From Intoshia linei (lineage: Eukaryota > Animalia > Orthonectida), in NCBI GenBank assembly GCA_001642005.1, contig LWCA01000019.1, positions 17,563 through 81,562 of the forward strand: a stretch of DNA of 64,000 nt. Direction: 5' to 3'. Shown in pieces: positions 19,081 to 33,700 of the stretch (its first letter is position 1; every line of letters begins with the position of its first letter). The position numbers and the translations under genes were made by a program. Under the pieces are notes generated by a model. That model saw only the letters and a program-made list of their open reading frames with translations. It searched no databases and had not been told where the DNA came from.

Positions 19081-20149
19081 TATTTTAAACATTCCATTTA
19101 ACAATAATGATGAAAAATGAAATATAAAAATAAAGATTAATTTTTTTTAGATAAAAATTATATAAAATTGTTTAATATTAATTTTAGACTAGTTATCTCA
19201 TGCTAATTTTAATGAAATTTATTTTAAAGTGTAGATAAAAGGCGATTTTAGCGAAAATGTCTTATTTTATAATTACGTATTATGTATATCGAATAATGTT
19301 GAAATAATTGTATTTTGAATTTTAAAATTAATTACTATGACAAATATTATTATTTTTTAAAATAAAAAAGAATCAACTTAAAATTTTATCTTAATTTGAC
19401 GTAAGCCACAAACATGTTTGATATCATTAGAATCGCAAAGAAAAACTACACCAGACTAAATACATATTAAAAAGAAAGATGTTTCAGTGTTGGCTATAAA
19501 TATATTTGTGAATATTGCCTATATGAAAAATGATAAATGTATAATGACTCATTATTAATGAGTCATTCGATTCGATCGTATTTTTAATATGCATTTGAAA
19601 TTGTCAAACATAAAAAATAATGAAATAAAGCGTCATAAGACTTCAATTAAACAATATATGTCAACAAAAAAGAATATACAAAAATACTAAATACTATTTA
19701 ATTTATATTTTGTTTTAATAATAGAATAAATGTATTTCGTATGATGACTAGGGCGGTTTTTTTTTAAACCTATAAAATAAAAAAACTAATTTATAAAAAA
19801 TAAATTCAAAATTTGCATCTGCAGAAATTTGATTTACATTGAATATGGGCTAATCATTTTTTCATGTTAATATTATTAATAAAATTAATTACTCTAGTTA
19901 GACATCTCACTGAACATAGTATAACGCAAAAATTAAATAATATTATTGAATGTCCTTTCTCAAGTATACATTATATAGTGTATTTATTTTTTGTTAATTT
20001 GTTTACATATTAAAACATAAATAAACATTTCAGTGTATATGCAATGTTGATATATTCACACAGTTGACACCTTTTATTGTGAATTAGTAGACGAAAAAAG
20101 CAATTCTAATACCAGTGCTATGAAAAATAATAAACGGTATTGCCGGTTT

Positions 20150-21304
20150 TATTATCAATCCTTTAAAGTAGTGGTTCCAAACTTTGGTTCATTATGTCGC
20201 ATTACCTTTTAATCAATTACGTTAGGAGGAATTAATTTATAAGATTTTCACCCATATCTCTTTATTGAAAATTTGTTGCCTGTTTAAATTGCACATTTTT
20301 TTGAAATTAAATAAATATTTACATTTTCATTTAATTTAATTTAAAACATTACTTTACAATTTAAAGTTTACATTGTTAACATTTGAAAAATATTGGTTGA
20401 TAACATATATATAATAACATATAATAACATAATAATGATAATGATAACATATAATATCTTAAAAATTATTTTTTACCGGGAATACGTAGATTTCTGAGGT
20501 TGAAATTTTGTATTTGTATCAACTGGAATAAACTGTATCAAAATAATTTTTTTTTTTAAATTTAGGACCAAGTATTTAAAATTTTTTGATTTACAGATCA
20601 TATATTAATTATATGACATATAATGTAATAATGTTAATAACATAGTTTCATAATAAAAAAAATGAATACTAAAGTGCTTTTTTTACCGTGAAGGCGTCAC
20701 TTATTCAGATTGAAATTATTTGTGTGTTTTAACAGGATACAACTATTAACTATAATTTTTTTTAAATTCTAGGACAATTTTCACATCTTAAAAAAAGGAA
20801 AGTTGTGGTTTTAGTCATGAACTTGCAGTTTTGAGGTTGCCATTTATTATAATGTTAATGAATTTAAAAAATACCCCAGAATTTGTTTTATAAAATTTTA
20901 GGACATGTTTCATTTTTAAAACAATGTGTAATTTGTGGTTTTGACCATGTAGGTATACGTTTCTGAGGCTGAGATTTACGACAATGTTAATGATTTTAAA
21001 ATGCGTCCCAGATTGTATGTTTTATTAAATTATTGGGCTGAATATTATATAATTTATGAATGTTTTTTAAACAAAATTGGAAATTGAGTTTTCGACCCTG
21101 AAGGACTCAAAATCAGAAACTGAAATATACATGTACATATAGTAAAAATATAAGAAAAGTATAAACACGCGCTCGGAAAAACTGTATTAAAATTGGGTTT
21201 TTTAAATTATATGGCTGTCAATAATGCTTTAAATGTTTTCAATAAATGGTAACACACACAGACACACATACCATTCAACACATTCAATTTTATGTAAGTA
21301 AGGA
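20150..21304 (-). mobile_element. Long Helitron-family copy
   Basis: Shares blocks with 62754-64000 and 28046-28672. Ends ...tgtaagtaagGA|T. Confidence 0.7.
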
Positions 21305-21731
21305 TAACATTTAAATGTAAAATATAGTATACTATGAACATAATCTGACGATCATAATCGTATATACATAATGTATCTTAGTTATGATTATAATCTTATT
21401 TTACTAGTATATGAAATTCTCTGGATCTGTGTGTCTGTCAGTTTGTTACACTCTACTGTAAAATCTAGGAATCTAACAATTTTATAAATCCATACATAGG
21501 TTTAATCTTTAACTGCGGCGGTAATAGGCTACATTAAAATTTCTTGAAATGACACCTTCATGATCAAAAAAGCGTTTAACCACTTTAAATATAATAGAAC
21601 TTTGTTACAAGAACGTCCGTATAAATACAATAAACAAAATTGTTAAAAAGATTAGTTTGTGATAAACAATATAATAATAACTGTGAGAGGTGGGTAATAA
21701 TAAAGAATAATGGTAAAATTTTATTTTAAAA

Positions 21732-24700
21732 TTAGAAATGAGCATCCAAATTTTGAGCCACTTTTTTACATAGATTACGATGTGATGCGAACAATTCAAA
21801 TTTTGAATTTATTATTTCCCATTTAACATTATTATATTCTTGGCTGGGCTAAATCGTGGTTTAAATAATAATTATGCATTTATAAATATATAACTACATA
21901 TTCTCTCTAGTGTTGCAAATGTTAAAACTTAGAATACGTCTGTTATGGTAGATAATCAGGTTCAATAAAAAACAAGGCACCACAGAAACCACGGATAATA
22001 TTAGTAGCGTTGTTAAGAAAATGTTTCATTACTTGCTCTTCTGTTACTAAAATCAAATTTCCAAACAATTTATAGCGACATAGAGTAGCATTTTCCAACA
22101 GAAGATAAATATTTTAAAATATGCAAAACATCATAGTTGCTTCAAACAAATTCGAAATAAGGATTTTACCATAGTTTAAAAACACCATATTAAAATTAAA
22201 TTTAGTTACATATTTTACAAGTCAGACGCTTAAAAGGTTGGGAAACGCTGATTCACAGGATTCTCAAACTAAAACTAGCCAATTGTAGAGACTATGCAAT
22301 ATTTACTTTTTTATAATATAAGTTATAATGTTTATACCTTCAATATTACTTGAAATTCGTCTAATACATTATCTTCATCGTGGTAGTGATAAGCGGCAGT
22401 TTCTATCCATGCATCTAAATATATTAATCGTATATGTACGAGATATGACAGCCGCTATATTAGTTATATTAAGTTACATTAAGTGCCGCTCTATAAAATT
22501 TATCAATGAATTATCATTATATTTTTTAAAAAATTATTTTTCTAATTTTATGGGAAAAATTAAAAACTAGGATATTTTATAAAATTTCAATCAAAATTGA
22601 CCCAAATGTATGGCTTGCTGGAGTCTCAGAGCATGTATAAATGTTAAATTATTCTGGTTGTTACACATGTAAAAATATATATTACTATCAGTATTTCTCG
22701 GATCATCACTATAACCTCGATAAATCTATAAAATTTTTTATAGTTATCGGTATAAAAACTTACTTCTTTATTATTTTTAAATAGAGAATTAATTTTTTCA
22801 TTAAACTTGTCGTCACTGATATATTGAGAATAAATTTCTCGGATAAATTTATTTTTATTCATTTCAATTATATTTTTGGTGTTTATAAAAAACTAAATAT
22901 AAATATTATGTATATTGAAAATATGTCTTTTCAATGATCAGTGTCATAATTCCCGTATTGTGTAGTTTTTATTAACTACATTATTAGTCGCTTATAATAT
23001 CAAGTTAAAAAATAAAAAGGACTGAGCCAGAGGTTGGGAGTGTTTAGTGTTGCAAGACTTCTTCCTTCAAAATAAAATGTAATTAATTGTAGATTGTAGA
23101 ATATAACATAAAGTTTTCATTTTAAATTATTAAAATTATCGGTTTGAGTAGAGCAGAACCTACCTTACACTGAATCCCTCCTGAGGGCCTCGAAAAAAAT
23201 TTTTAAAATATTAAAAAATGGGAAACTAATTTTACAATTTTAGCATTTAAAAAACATTTTGCAATATCAATATATTTGAATCTTATATTAATTAATATTA
23301 TTATTAATAAAGATTTATAATTATATATATTATATTAATCAATAATTATAATTATATTCGTGGAATAATGAATAGACACAATCTATACAAGTGGTTTCAA
23401 AATGGGGGGCTTTTAGGGTCTGAGGGGCCGCAGATTTAAGAAAAATTTTAAAATTAAATTAGAATTGTTAATATTTATTTAATATTTAATTAATATATTC
23501 TTGCATTCGGATTAATTTGGTATTCTAACAAATTTAAATGTTATTAACCCTTACGAGACAATAAAATGTATATAAAAGAACAATTATAAATTTACAATTG
23601 TTTGTATACTAAGGTGTCAACTATATTAAAGAAGGATTTATAATGAAAATAAAATTAGTAATATTAAAAGATAACATTTTTTAATGGCTGTTATAATAAT
23701 ATAATAAAGATATTTACTATTTTGTACTAATGGATCTTTTCTAAAAATATTGGTATACGTTAGGGGGGTCGACAATATATTTTTTTGGTAACCACTGATC
23801 TATACTACATGTAGTATATTCTTTAAAATAATTGTATTGAGAAACTTCATTGATTTAGTCAAGTGACAGAAATATTATACTGAAATATCTTTTATAATAG
23901 TAAGAAATTTTCAGAAATGCAAATTTTTTAACTAAAAACACGTATATGATAGACGGTATATCACGTTAATCGTGTAATTAATGATTAAATCGCGTAATAA
24001 TGCAATATACTCAAAAAAATGTTCAGCTTTATCCTTACTTATATAATATGCTATACAATATTTGTTTGTGTGTGTTACTGTTTATTTCAATAACTACCTT
24101 AGAATTTTAGAATTTTATAAAGTCCACATTTCCATTACAGTTTTTTTCCGGACGTGTTAGCAAAATAAATTTCAACCTCCCAAACGCACATCTTACTGGT
24201 CAAAAAGCTAAATTGTTTTTTTTTGAAAATCAAACGAGTTCAAAAATTTAAAAAAATATATACTCTGATACGGATTTTAAAATCATAAATATTATCATAA
24301 ATTTAAATTTAAAAAAAATATATATTCGGGGCCAAAACCCAAAATTACCCTTTTTTTAAATGAAAACAGGCCTATAATTTAAAAAATTTACAGATGGTAC
24401 AGTTGTATCCTATTAACACACACAAAAAATTTCAATCTGAATAAGTGACGCCTTCACGGTCAAAAAAGCATTACAAAAGCACTAGGTGCTGTTTGTACGT
24501 AGTACATAACAGTCAACCTAGTTTAATTTATAATATTATCATGATATATTATATTATGATTATATTGAAAAACAACAAAATTATTTAAAATTGCTCGAAT
24601 GCAGTAATAAATGGTGGATAATACAGTGTTTTCTATTGATTGTTTATTTTTTTGATTATATTATAAACATAATATTAAAATTCATTATTTAAATTTTAAA

Positions 24701-27700
24701 AATATATTCATATTTACTAAACATTTTTTAGATTTGTTAACTAAGTTTATAAAATTTCTAAGTCTAAAATTTACTTCAGGGATAGCTAATTCACCATTAT
24801 CTCGTCTTTCCACAATCATAAATTCCAATAATTGTTTATCTTTAATTTTTTCTATTTCATTATCTTTATTTATCTTACATCTAAAAAAATTAAGATTAAA
24901 ACATCAATTTGTTGATATCCATTAGAGAAATTCAGAAATTTGGTTAAAAATTATATATTTAGCATGTTAAATGAATTACTGACAGGTTCAACCATAGCCG
25001 AATTTACCGTACCCAAGACCCCTTTTCGGAGAACTTCATTATTCGAAATTGAGAATTATAAAAATTTATATTCATAAGTATCATAACTATTATAATATTT
25101 ATATTAATGCAACAATTTACCTCGTTATGATGCAGTTTGATACATGATTTGGACCCCATCGAAACAATATACCTCGTCCAGTCATACCTGTTCGACCTTT
25201 CGGGTTAATAGGGTAATTATTTTGAAAGAAATATTCTCCAATGAATGAATTTCGATCCACATTATGATTTGTATCCATTTTATTAAATAAAATATTTGTC
25301 ATAATTTTTGCTTTTAAACTAAAATGTACAAAATGTATGTACATAATTATGAATAATAACCCATATTATGGGGTAATTATAATAATAATATATTTATCAT
25401 ATATTTTTAGTACTTATATCTGAATACTTTGGAGTTTAAGGGTTAATATAATTACTTAATTTCTGGATCCACTTTAGGAGACTTTGAATATGTTAAAAAC
25501 TGGTCTGTATAGTAGACTGGATCATAGTTTTGAAACTTTTTCTAAAAATATATTAAATATAAATTTAATTAAACATTACATTCCAATTTACATACTTATT
25601 TGGAACACAAGTACGGTAAATAACTTCATGTGAAATTGAGGGATAAATAGGAGTTCTTGATTTTGTATGTAAATTTAACTCTTCCATCAATTCATTTTTA
25701 AATTTTTCTAGTTGTTCAGTCATATTTTTGTCGTACAATTCTTTTTCTATCATTCGTTTATGATCCACATCTTTCAAATCCGGTAAACTTTGTTTATTTC
25801 CAGCACCTTTTTCAATCATTGATTGAATTATCCAGTCTACAGCTCGAGCGTTTCGTTTTAACTAAATAAAATAAAATGTAAAATTCAGAACCACAATTTT
25901 TGTAGATTAAGTAGTGCATGGATCGATTTTATTTTCCTCATTTTACCACTTAACACTTTTGTAAATACACACTAGGATTGGCAATTTAACGAATCAATTT
26001 TGACCGGTAGATTTTTTTTTAAATATCAAAGCTAATTTAATATCTACATATTTATTTAAACATATTTACATAATTTTTTGAAATAGTATATTTATTTATC
26101 AAAATATCAATTTAATATCATTTTTTAGTGAGATCAAAAATTTTTGTCAGTGTTAACTGCAAATAACTATTAACTATAATTATTTTTTAAATTATAGGAC
26201 TATTTTAATTTTTTAAAAAAAGGTAATTTTGGGTTTTGGCTCTGAAGATATACCTTTTTGAAAATTAAATTTCTGATAAGGTTCATGATTTTAAAATTTG
26301 TATTAGAGTGTATAATTTTTTTAAATTCTAAGACTCGTTTGATTTTCAATAAATAGGATAATTGTGGTTTTGACCGGTAAGATGTAGTTTTCTGAGATTG
26401 AAATTTATCTTACTTTCTCGCCCTGAAAAAACTGACTCGGAATTTGTGTTTGTTAAAATTCTAGAATTCTATTCTACTCTATAACAGACAGACACCAAAA
26501 AAATCGTTTATATAAGTTAGAAATCATAACTTATGTCCTAAGTTTTAGGATATGTCCTTGAAACAAACAATAACTACATTTATATTATAGCTATTGTAAT
26601 AAAATGGATTCAATAATAATTTAAGAATAAATATAATTAAATTAAATTAATAATATCTATATAATTAATTTACCGTTATAAACTTTAAAAAATATTTACC
26701 GATGAAAATAATTTTACAGTAATTTAATGATAAACTTTTATCGATTGCCAACCTAATACACACTCAATTCAAATATTCATTGAACACGTTTAATCTACAT
26801 TATTTTAATAATAATACATACCTGCTCTTCCAAATAGTATAAACGATTGTGTAATAATGGTGGTAATTTTAATCTAGGCGTCGGGTGACTTGTTATAATA
26901 CCAGAATCGTTTATAATGTTTACTTTGGTGGAGATTTTTTGAATTCTACAATATGTTTAATTTTTTTACTTATTTTCATAAGAATTGTACAGTCTAAGTC
27001 CTTATTAACGGAATTTTGAATTATTTAATTTTTTATGAACCAAAAATTACGTTACTATAATTTTATCTTAAAGCTCTAGATCAGAGGTGTCAATTATGCA
27101 GACCTCGGGTCATTTGCGACACGCGTTATAATATAAATTTTTATTTTTTACACATGTTCCTTATTTTACAGTTTTTCATACATTTTTCATGATTTATTTA
27201 TTCATTATTACAATTTTATCATTATTTTTACACTTATTCCATTTTTATTGTTTCATATTTTATTTTATGAATTAAAATTATTATAAATTAATTAAATCTG
27301 TTTTAACATAATTTTTTGAGTAAAAATTTTTTTTGGGCAGCCCGCGTAAAAATTTTGGTTCACATTTGGCCCACCAAGCAAATTGAGTTTGACACCCCTG
27401 CTCTAGATTCTAGAGTCTAGAATCTATTTTTAATAACTATCATAAATATAAACTAATTCAATTTTAATTGTAATAGATATTAAATTAGATGGCGTTAATT
27501 AGAAATAATTACCATCATTGCGGAAATATCATGTTTAAATTATTTACATAAATAAAATAAATTTAAAAATGATAAAATTTTTCATAGACCCCAAAAAACT
27601 TTTGTGAATCCCATGAGTCAACATGAACCCGTTGATAATGTTTTGTGCATATTAGTTCGTCATGTATTATTCATAATCTCATAATAACAAGTAATGTGAC

Positions 27701-30700
27701 CATTGAATGGTTTATATTGTAAAAAATTAACTTCCGTTAACAAGGGTGTTACTATTGGAAATTTCCATATTAACGGAATTTCCAAAATTTCAATTCCGTT
27801 AATAAGCACTTAGACTGTATAACCATAAATGATGAAATCGCTTACGCAACATTTGTGTTATTAATCTTTTGATCAGTGCTTTCTTCAAATTTACAGTCTT
27901 TTTCTTTCATGAAAACTGTAGCGTTTAAATTTTCAAATGTATCAATTTGGGAAGTTTCCGTTTCATTGTAATATCGTACTGAAATTTAAGTAAAATTAAT
28001 CAAATTGTATTAAAATAATAATAAGACGAATAAAAATTAAATGAATCCTTTACTTACATAAAATTGAATGTCTGTATGTGTGTTACCATTTATTTAAAAA
28101 ATGGACAGTCGTAGAATTTAAAAAACCCAAAATTCCAATACAGTTTTTAAATTTAAGTCCTTCAGAGTCAAAATCGCAATTTTCCCTTTTGTTTTAAGAT
28201 AAAATCAGCCCAAAAATTTAATAAAACATACACTCTGGGACGCATTTTAAAATCATTAACATTGTCGTAAATCTCAGCCTTATAAACGCATAACTTCATG
28301 GTCAAAACCGAAAATTATACTTTGTTTTAAAAATAAAAAAATGTCCTAAAATTTTATAAAACATAAATTATGGGATAGTTTTTAAAAACATAAACATTAT
28401 CATAAATGAAAACAACCCTAGAATTAAAAAAAAATTACAGATAATACAGTTATATCCTGTCAACACACACAAAAAATTTTAATCTGACAAAGTGACACCT
28501 CGCGATCAAAAAAGCACTCTAATATTCATTTTTTTTATTTCAAAACTATTTTATTAAAACAAAAAATTTGAAATAATTAATGACCCAAAAATAAAAAAAA
28601 AGATTATTCTGATACAGTTTATTCCAGTTGATATAAATACAAAATTTCAAACCGATAAATCTACGCATTCCTGTCATAGATTTTTTTATAAAATTTATTT
28701 TTTTGTAGAATAAAAATATATATTTCAGTACTGCAGATTACAAATATTTATTATTACCGAAATGACTTTCTCTCGCAGTTGAATTTTTGCAACATTTTTT
28801 GTATATAAATTTAAGTGAATTTTTGAAAAAGGTTAGTATAATTATTGGTGGAGGGATTTTAGGTTTATTGTGATATTCTTTAATTAACTGAAATCTTGAA
28901 AAATGCCAATGTAAATCCGTATTATCTTGAACTAAAATGATATTAAAATATAAATACAAGTTAAGGTATAAAATTAATTAAAATTTACGACTCACTTTTA
29001 CTAAAAGTGTAACTGAACATGGCAATGACAAGATTGAACATTAATACTTGAGTTATTAGTATATATCTAAAAAGATAACATTCAGCTATACCAGTTTAAT
29101 ATTTAAAGTTTACACAAATGCAAATGCAATTATGCATAATAACGAAACAAAAGTGATAAATAACCAAAATAAAAAATGTAGAGTCTAAATTGTAGACTCA
29201 ATTATTATGAATTAATAGTATTAAAAGTAAAAATTACAATCCTAGCATGATAGGAGTTAACCAATTGACAGAAGGATCCACACATCGCGGTAAACTGGAA
29301 GTTACCAATGATGTCTGATTTGTGCATGTTTGTTTACCTAACGATAACATAAATTAAAATACAATAATAATAAAAATACCTTCCAATTCGTCCAAGAATA
29401 ATTCGCCGTACATTTGCCAATAAGAAACTCGTAAAACTTTTTGCACCAATTTAACATCCAAAGTAGAATTAGGATAAAGTGTTGATTGCAAAGCTACTCC
29501 GTATGCAACAATAAATACAAACAAGATAAGCATAAAGAACGATAAATCAATAAACTAAATTAATTGATAGAAATGTAATAACAATGGATAATATACCATT
29601 CTGCCAATCATAACTACTTTCGGTCCTAACTGTTTATGAATTGAAAATACACCTAAATTTAAAAATGACGTTTCATTTTATTATTAATATTAATAATAAA
29701 TTATTACTTAATATTCTTAGATAGAATATTACAAGATTGGTCGCATAAATTACTCTTGACCACACAAACAATACAAGTATAAACCGGAAAATAACGGCTA
29801 TCGTAAATGTTACGACGATAATAACGTCCAATCTAAAAATGATGCAATAATTAATCACATGGAAATATTATTGTCTAATTAATTACATATTCCATACGTC
29901 ATTTAAATAACTTGCTAATCTAGCCTTTCTTGACAGTAATTCTGTAGAATTGTCAAAAGCTACCTGATTTATGAAATATTAAAAATATAAATTATATAAA
30001 TATATTAAGATGTAAATTGCATTAAAATTCATGATACCTGTCTAATTTCTTCAAATAGTAGTGTTATAACCCAACCTATTATAACATATTCTAAAATTGA
30101 CGGATTTGTTTCAAATTGGGTTAATAGCATGATACTATATATCATCAAAAATGTTACATATGAAATCTAAAATATTATTTAAGTTTAACAAGAAGAAAAT
30201 GACAAAATTTGAATTTTTATGAAATAATTTAAAAAAAATATCAATAATAATAACTATCCTGAAACACAATTTAGTGTCGAAATGAAAAAACTCAATATTA
30301 ACAACATTATATTGTTAGGTATGATCCTTTCCATAAAATGGCCATCAATATTTATATCAGTATTTCTTAACCGGGATACTACCACCCTTAAAGGTGCTAG
30401 AAAAAATATTCTTATTTTTTAAATTTTGAATAAAAAAATATAGAATAAGGTTGAAAACCACTTCCTTAGTTAAAAGGTTAATAAAAATCCTCAAATATTA
30501 AACGTTTAACAAAAAAAATACAATGTAATTATGACACATAACTTATGATATTCAAGAATATCATTTATTATTACTTGGGTGATTTTCAGTGAGATCTCCG
30601 AAGATGGTGTTTTAGTTGACAAATACTCGTACATAAGAATTTTATGAAATTTAATTAGATTTACAGTCAAACCTCTCAATACTGTCACTATATTTCAATT

Positions 30701-33700
30701 TTATAACAAACTTATAAGAAATGTTTTCTAAATATCGCCATAAATGTCGAAAAACCAAAATGGCGGTAATGAAATGTCTGACTATATATTGAATTAAATT
30801 TCATAAAATTCTTATAATAATAGATATGTAAAATGTATATTCACCAACGTCTTTTTCAAATTATTTTTAAATTAATTCCCAAAAATGCCAATGACATTAA
30901 TAATTATATTATTGACAAGTAAGTAATATTACGTTATGCATTATGAATACAATAACTGTAGCATTGTAGAACCGATAAAATTTTCTGTAGAATGGTTCTT
31001 TAGTTACTGAAGTTTCTATTTGCTCCAATCTAAATAATACATATTGTATGAAAAACATTTTACATGGCTAACTAATTGACTAATGTGAACTAAAAAATTT
31101 AAAAAATTATTTGATGTTGAAAGTATTAAAATGACAATAATTAAATTCATATAATGAGTCTCATCTCATCGAATTAATATTAATTCAATTTCTAATACTT
31201 TAAATCGATGCTTCTTAAAATTTTTCCATTGGACGCACAAGAAAACAACAGAATATTCTTAGTTTTAAAAGATTATTCAGAAGATTTATATTTTTTGGGT
31301 ATTGACTGCAACTATTAACTTAATTTATTGTATTAGATTTTGCAACTAAATCTGCAATTTTAAGAAAAAAAGTTGTTTCGGGGCAAATAATAATATGATG
31401 AAATGTTAAATTGTTTATACCACGGCTGGCTTACTTGATCGACTTTATATTTTTGGAAATTACTATGCAATCCTTATTAGGGATCGACTATACTAAAATT
31501 TTCTAAGTAATATTAGTATATTTAGTTTTTTGCTTTATAATATAAATTAGAAAACAGTAACATTTTATTATAATATGTTATATTATATATATATATATAT
31601 TATTGTATATAGTTATGTACTACGTACAAACATCTAGCTCTGCCGAGGGCGAACATTTTTTCTAATAAAAAAATAAATTTAATAAGAAAATCTACCTTAA
31701 AAATGCTACTATTCACTATTATCAATCCTTTAATGAAGTGGTTCCCAAATTGTTTTAGGTGGAACCGTTATATCACATTACTTTTTACATTTTAATTTTT
31801 TGTTTGTTAACATTTGCGTAACGAATTTTAAAAACAATTGTTATCCAATTTTTTTAATTTATCAGACAGAATGTGTGTATAATCGTAAAAATGAAGTAAA
31901 AACAGTATAATCCTAAAAATTGTCATAAATGGCATAAATTCAAGAAAAAATAAAATTATAAAGACCTATTTTGTCATTATCAATGTACTAATATATATTC
32001 AGTGAATTTTATTCAGTACCAATTTAATAAATACTTAAATATACCAATTATGCATCAATAATAAACGGAATGATTCATTAATGAATAATAATAATAAATT
32101 AATTTATTATTATTTTTTATAAAATTAACACGACTTAATTTTTAAATCGGTGAAATAAACAAATAATTTTTACACATCCTCGCGATCGACTCAAAAAATT
32201 TCGGGGTCGCCTGTTGGCCACCCCTGGTATATACTATCTGGTTCGTTTTAAATTTTTGGCTGGGTACATTTAAATTTACAAGGCCGCACCAATTGAGAAA
32301 CACTGTTTTAAATAAACAAAATTTAAAATTACTTTGCAAACGCTTTCCGATTTGCGAATGTGGTTTTTCTTTTCACTTTCTTGCTTTTTAATAATTGACT
32401 AATCTATGATATATATAGTATTTATGTTCTTAAAATCCATTTAAAAATAAATTTAATACGTTTGTTAAACGTTAATCTAATAAAAATGGAACGATTTTAA
32501 TTGGAAAAAAATTATTTCAAGAAATACCCTTTTGATTTGTTTTGATTCAGACGATTTCATCTTCATCTTAACGTCACTGTCAAAAGTAATCATGGGATAA
32601 ATCAAAAATGGAACTACAGCAGAAAGCATTAACTAAAACAATAATATATGTATAATAGATTACTTAATATTTAATAATTTATATTAATTGTACACTTGTA
32701 CGATATATTCATATCAATTTATGATGATTAACAGTTTAAATCATTAAATGAAAATGTAAACTAATTACAGCAAAAGCAGAGTTTTGAGGTGACAGACTAC
32801 CCATCCAAATATTATTGATTAATAATTGTGATGCAGCATGAGCAATAAAATGTTGATTCTCGGCAAATAACGCCCAAGATATTATGGTAATACCAGAATA
32901 CTCTGGAATAGGCTTTACTAGCAATTTTAAAGTCAATTCCACATCGGTATTGTAACAACTATTTAATGTACCGATCGCAATATCATGAAATAAACTAGAT
33001 TTTGAAATATATATATTATATTATAAGAATTTTAAATTTTAAATTTTAATTGATTTTAAAAGGTACTTTAATTGTTTATTTAAAATTGCCAGTGTATTTA
33101 TATCATTCTCAGACCTAATAAATGATTTACAAATCAATTCACCAAATAATGATGCTGCAAGGCGACCCTACATTTAAAATTAAACAATGAATAAAAATTA
33201 TAGAACATGAGCTCTCAATATTTTTTAAAAGGGCCGCATTTTCTATATCTAACTTACTAATTCAATAAATGATTTACTGGAACATATATATACTAGCTTA
33301 TCACATATATAGTTTTTTAAAGTCGCTAGCTCTGAGGGTTTGACTATAACTTTTAAGATAAATTGTTATACATTTCACCTTTTTAAAAAACTACGATTTT
33401 GAAAACCCTAATATGTAAGAAAATAATTAGACCACAAAATTACGCGAGATTATACCGTTGAAAATTCCTGTTGTACAATTTAATATATGAGTATATCAAT
33501 TTTACCGGACAGTTTTCCCAAAATAGCATGCATAAATCAAAATGTTGGTTAACGAGTGCCCATATGAATAATTCGCGTTCTGGATAATTAAAATCGAATA
33601 CTAAATGTATATTATTCGTCAAATATGATAATACAAATGTACCAATATCAGTGTCACTTGTTCCGTCTATAATTTTAGATTCTGTCGCATATACTAGATC

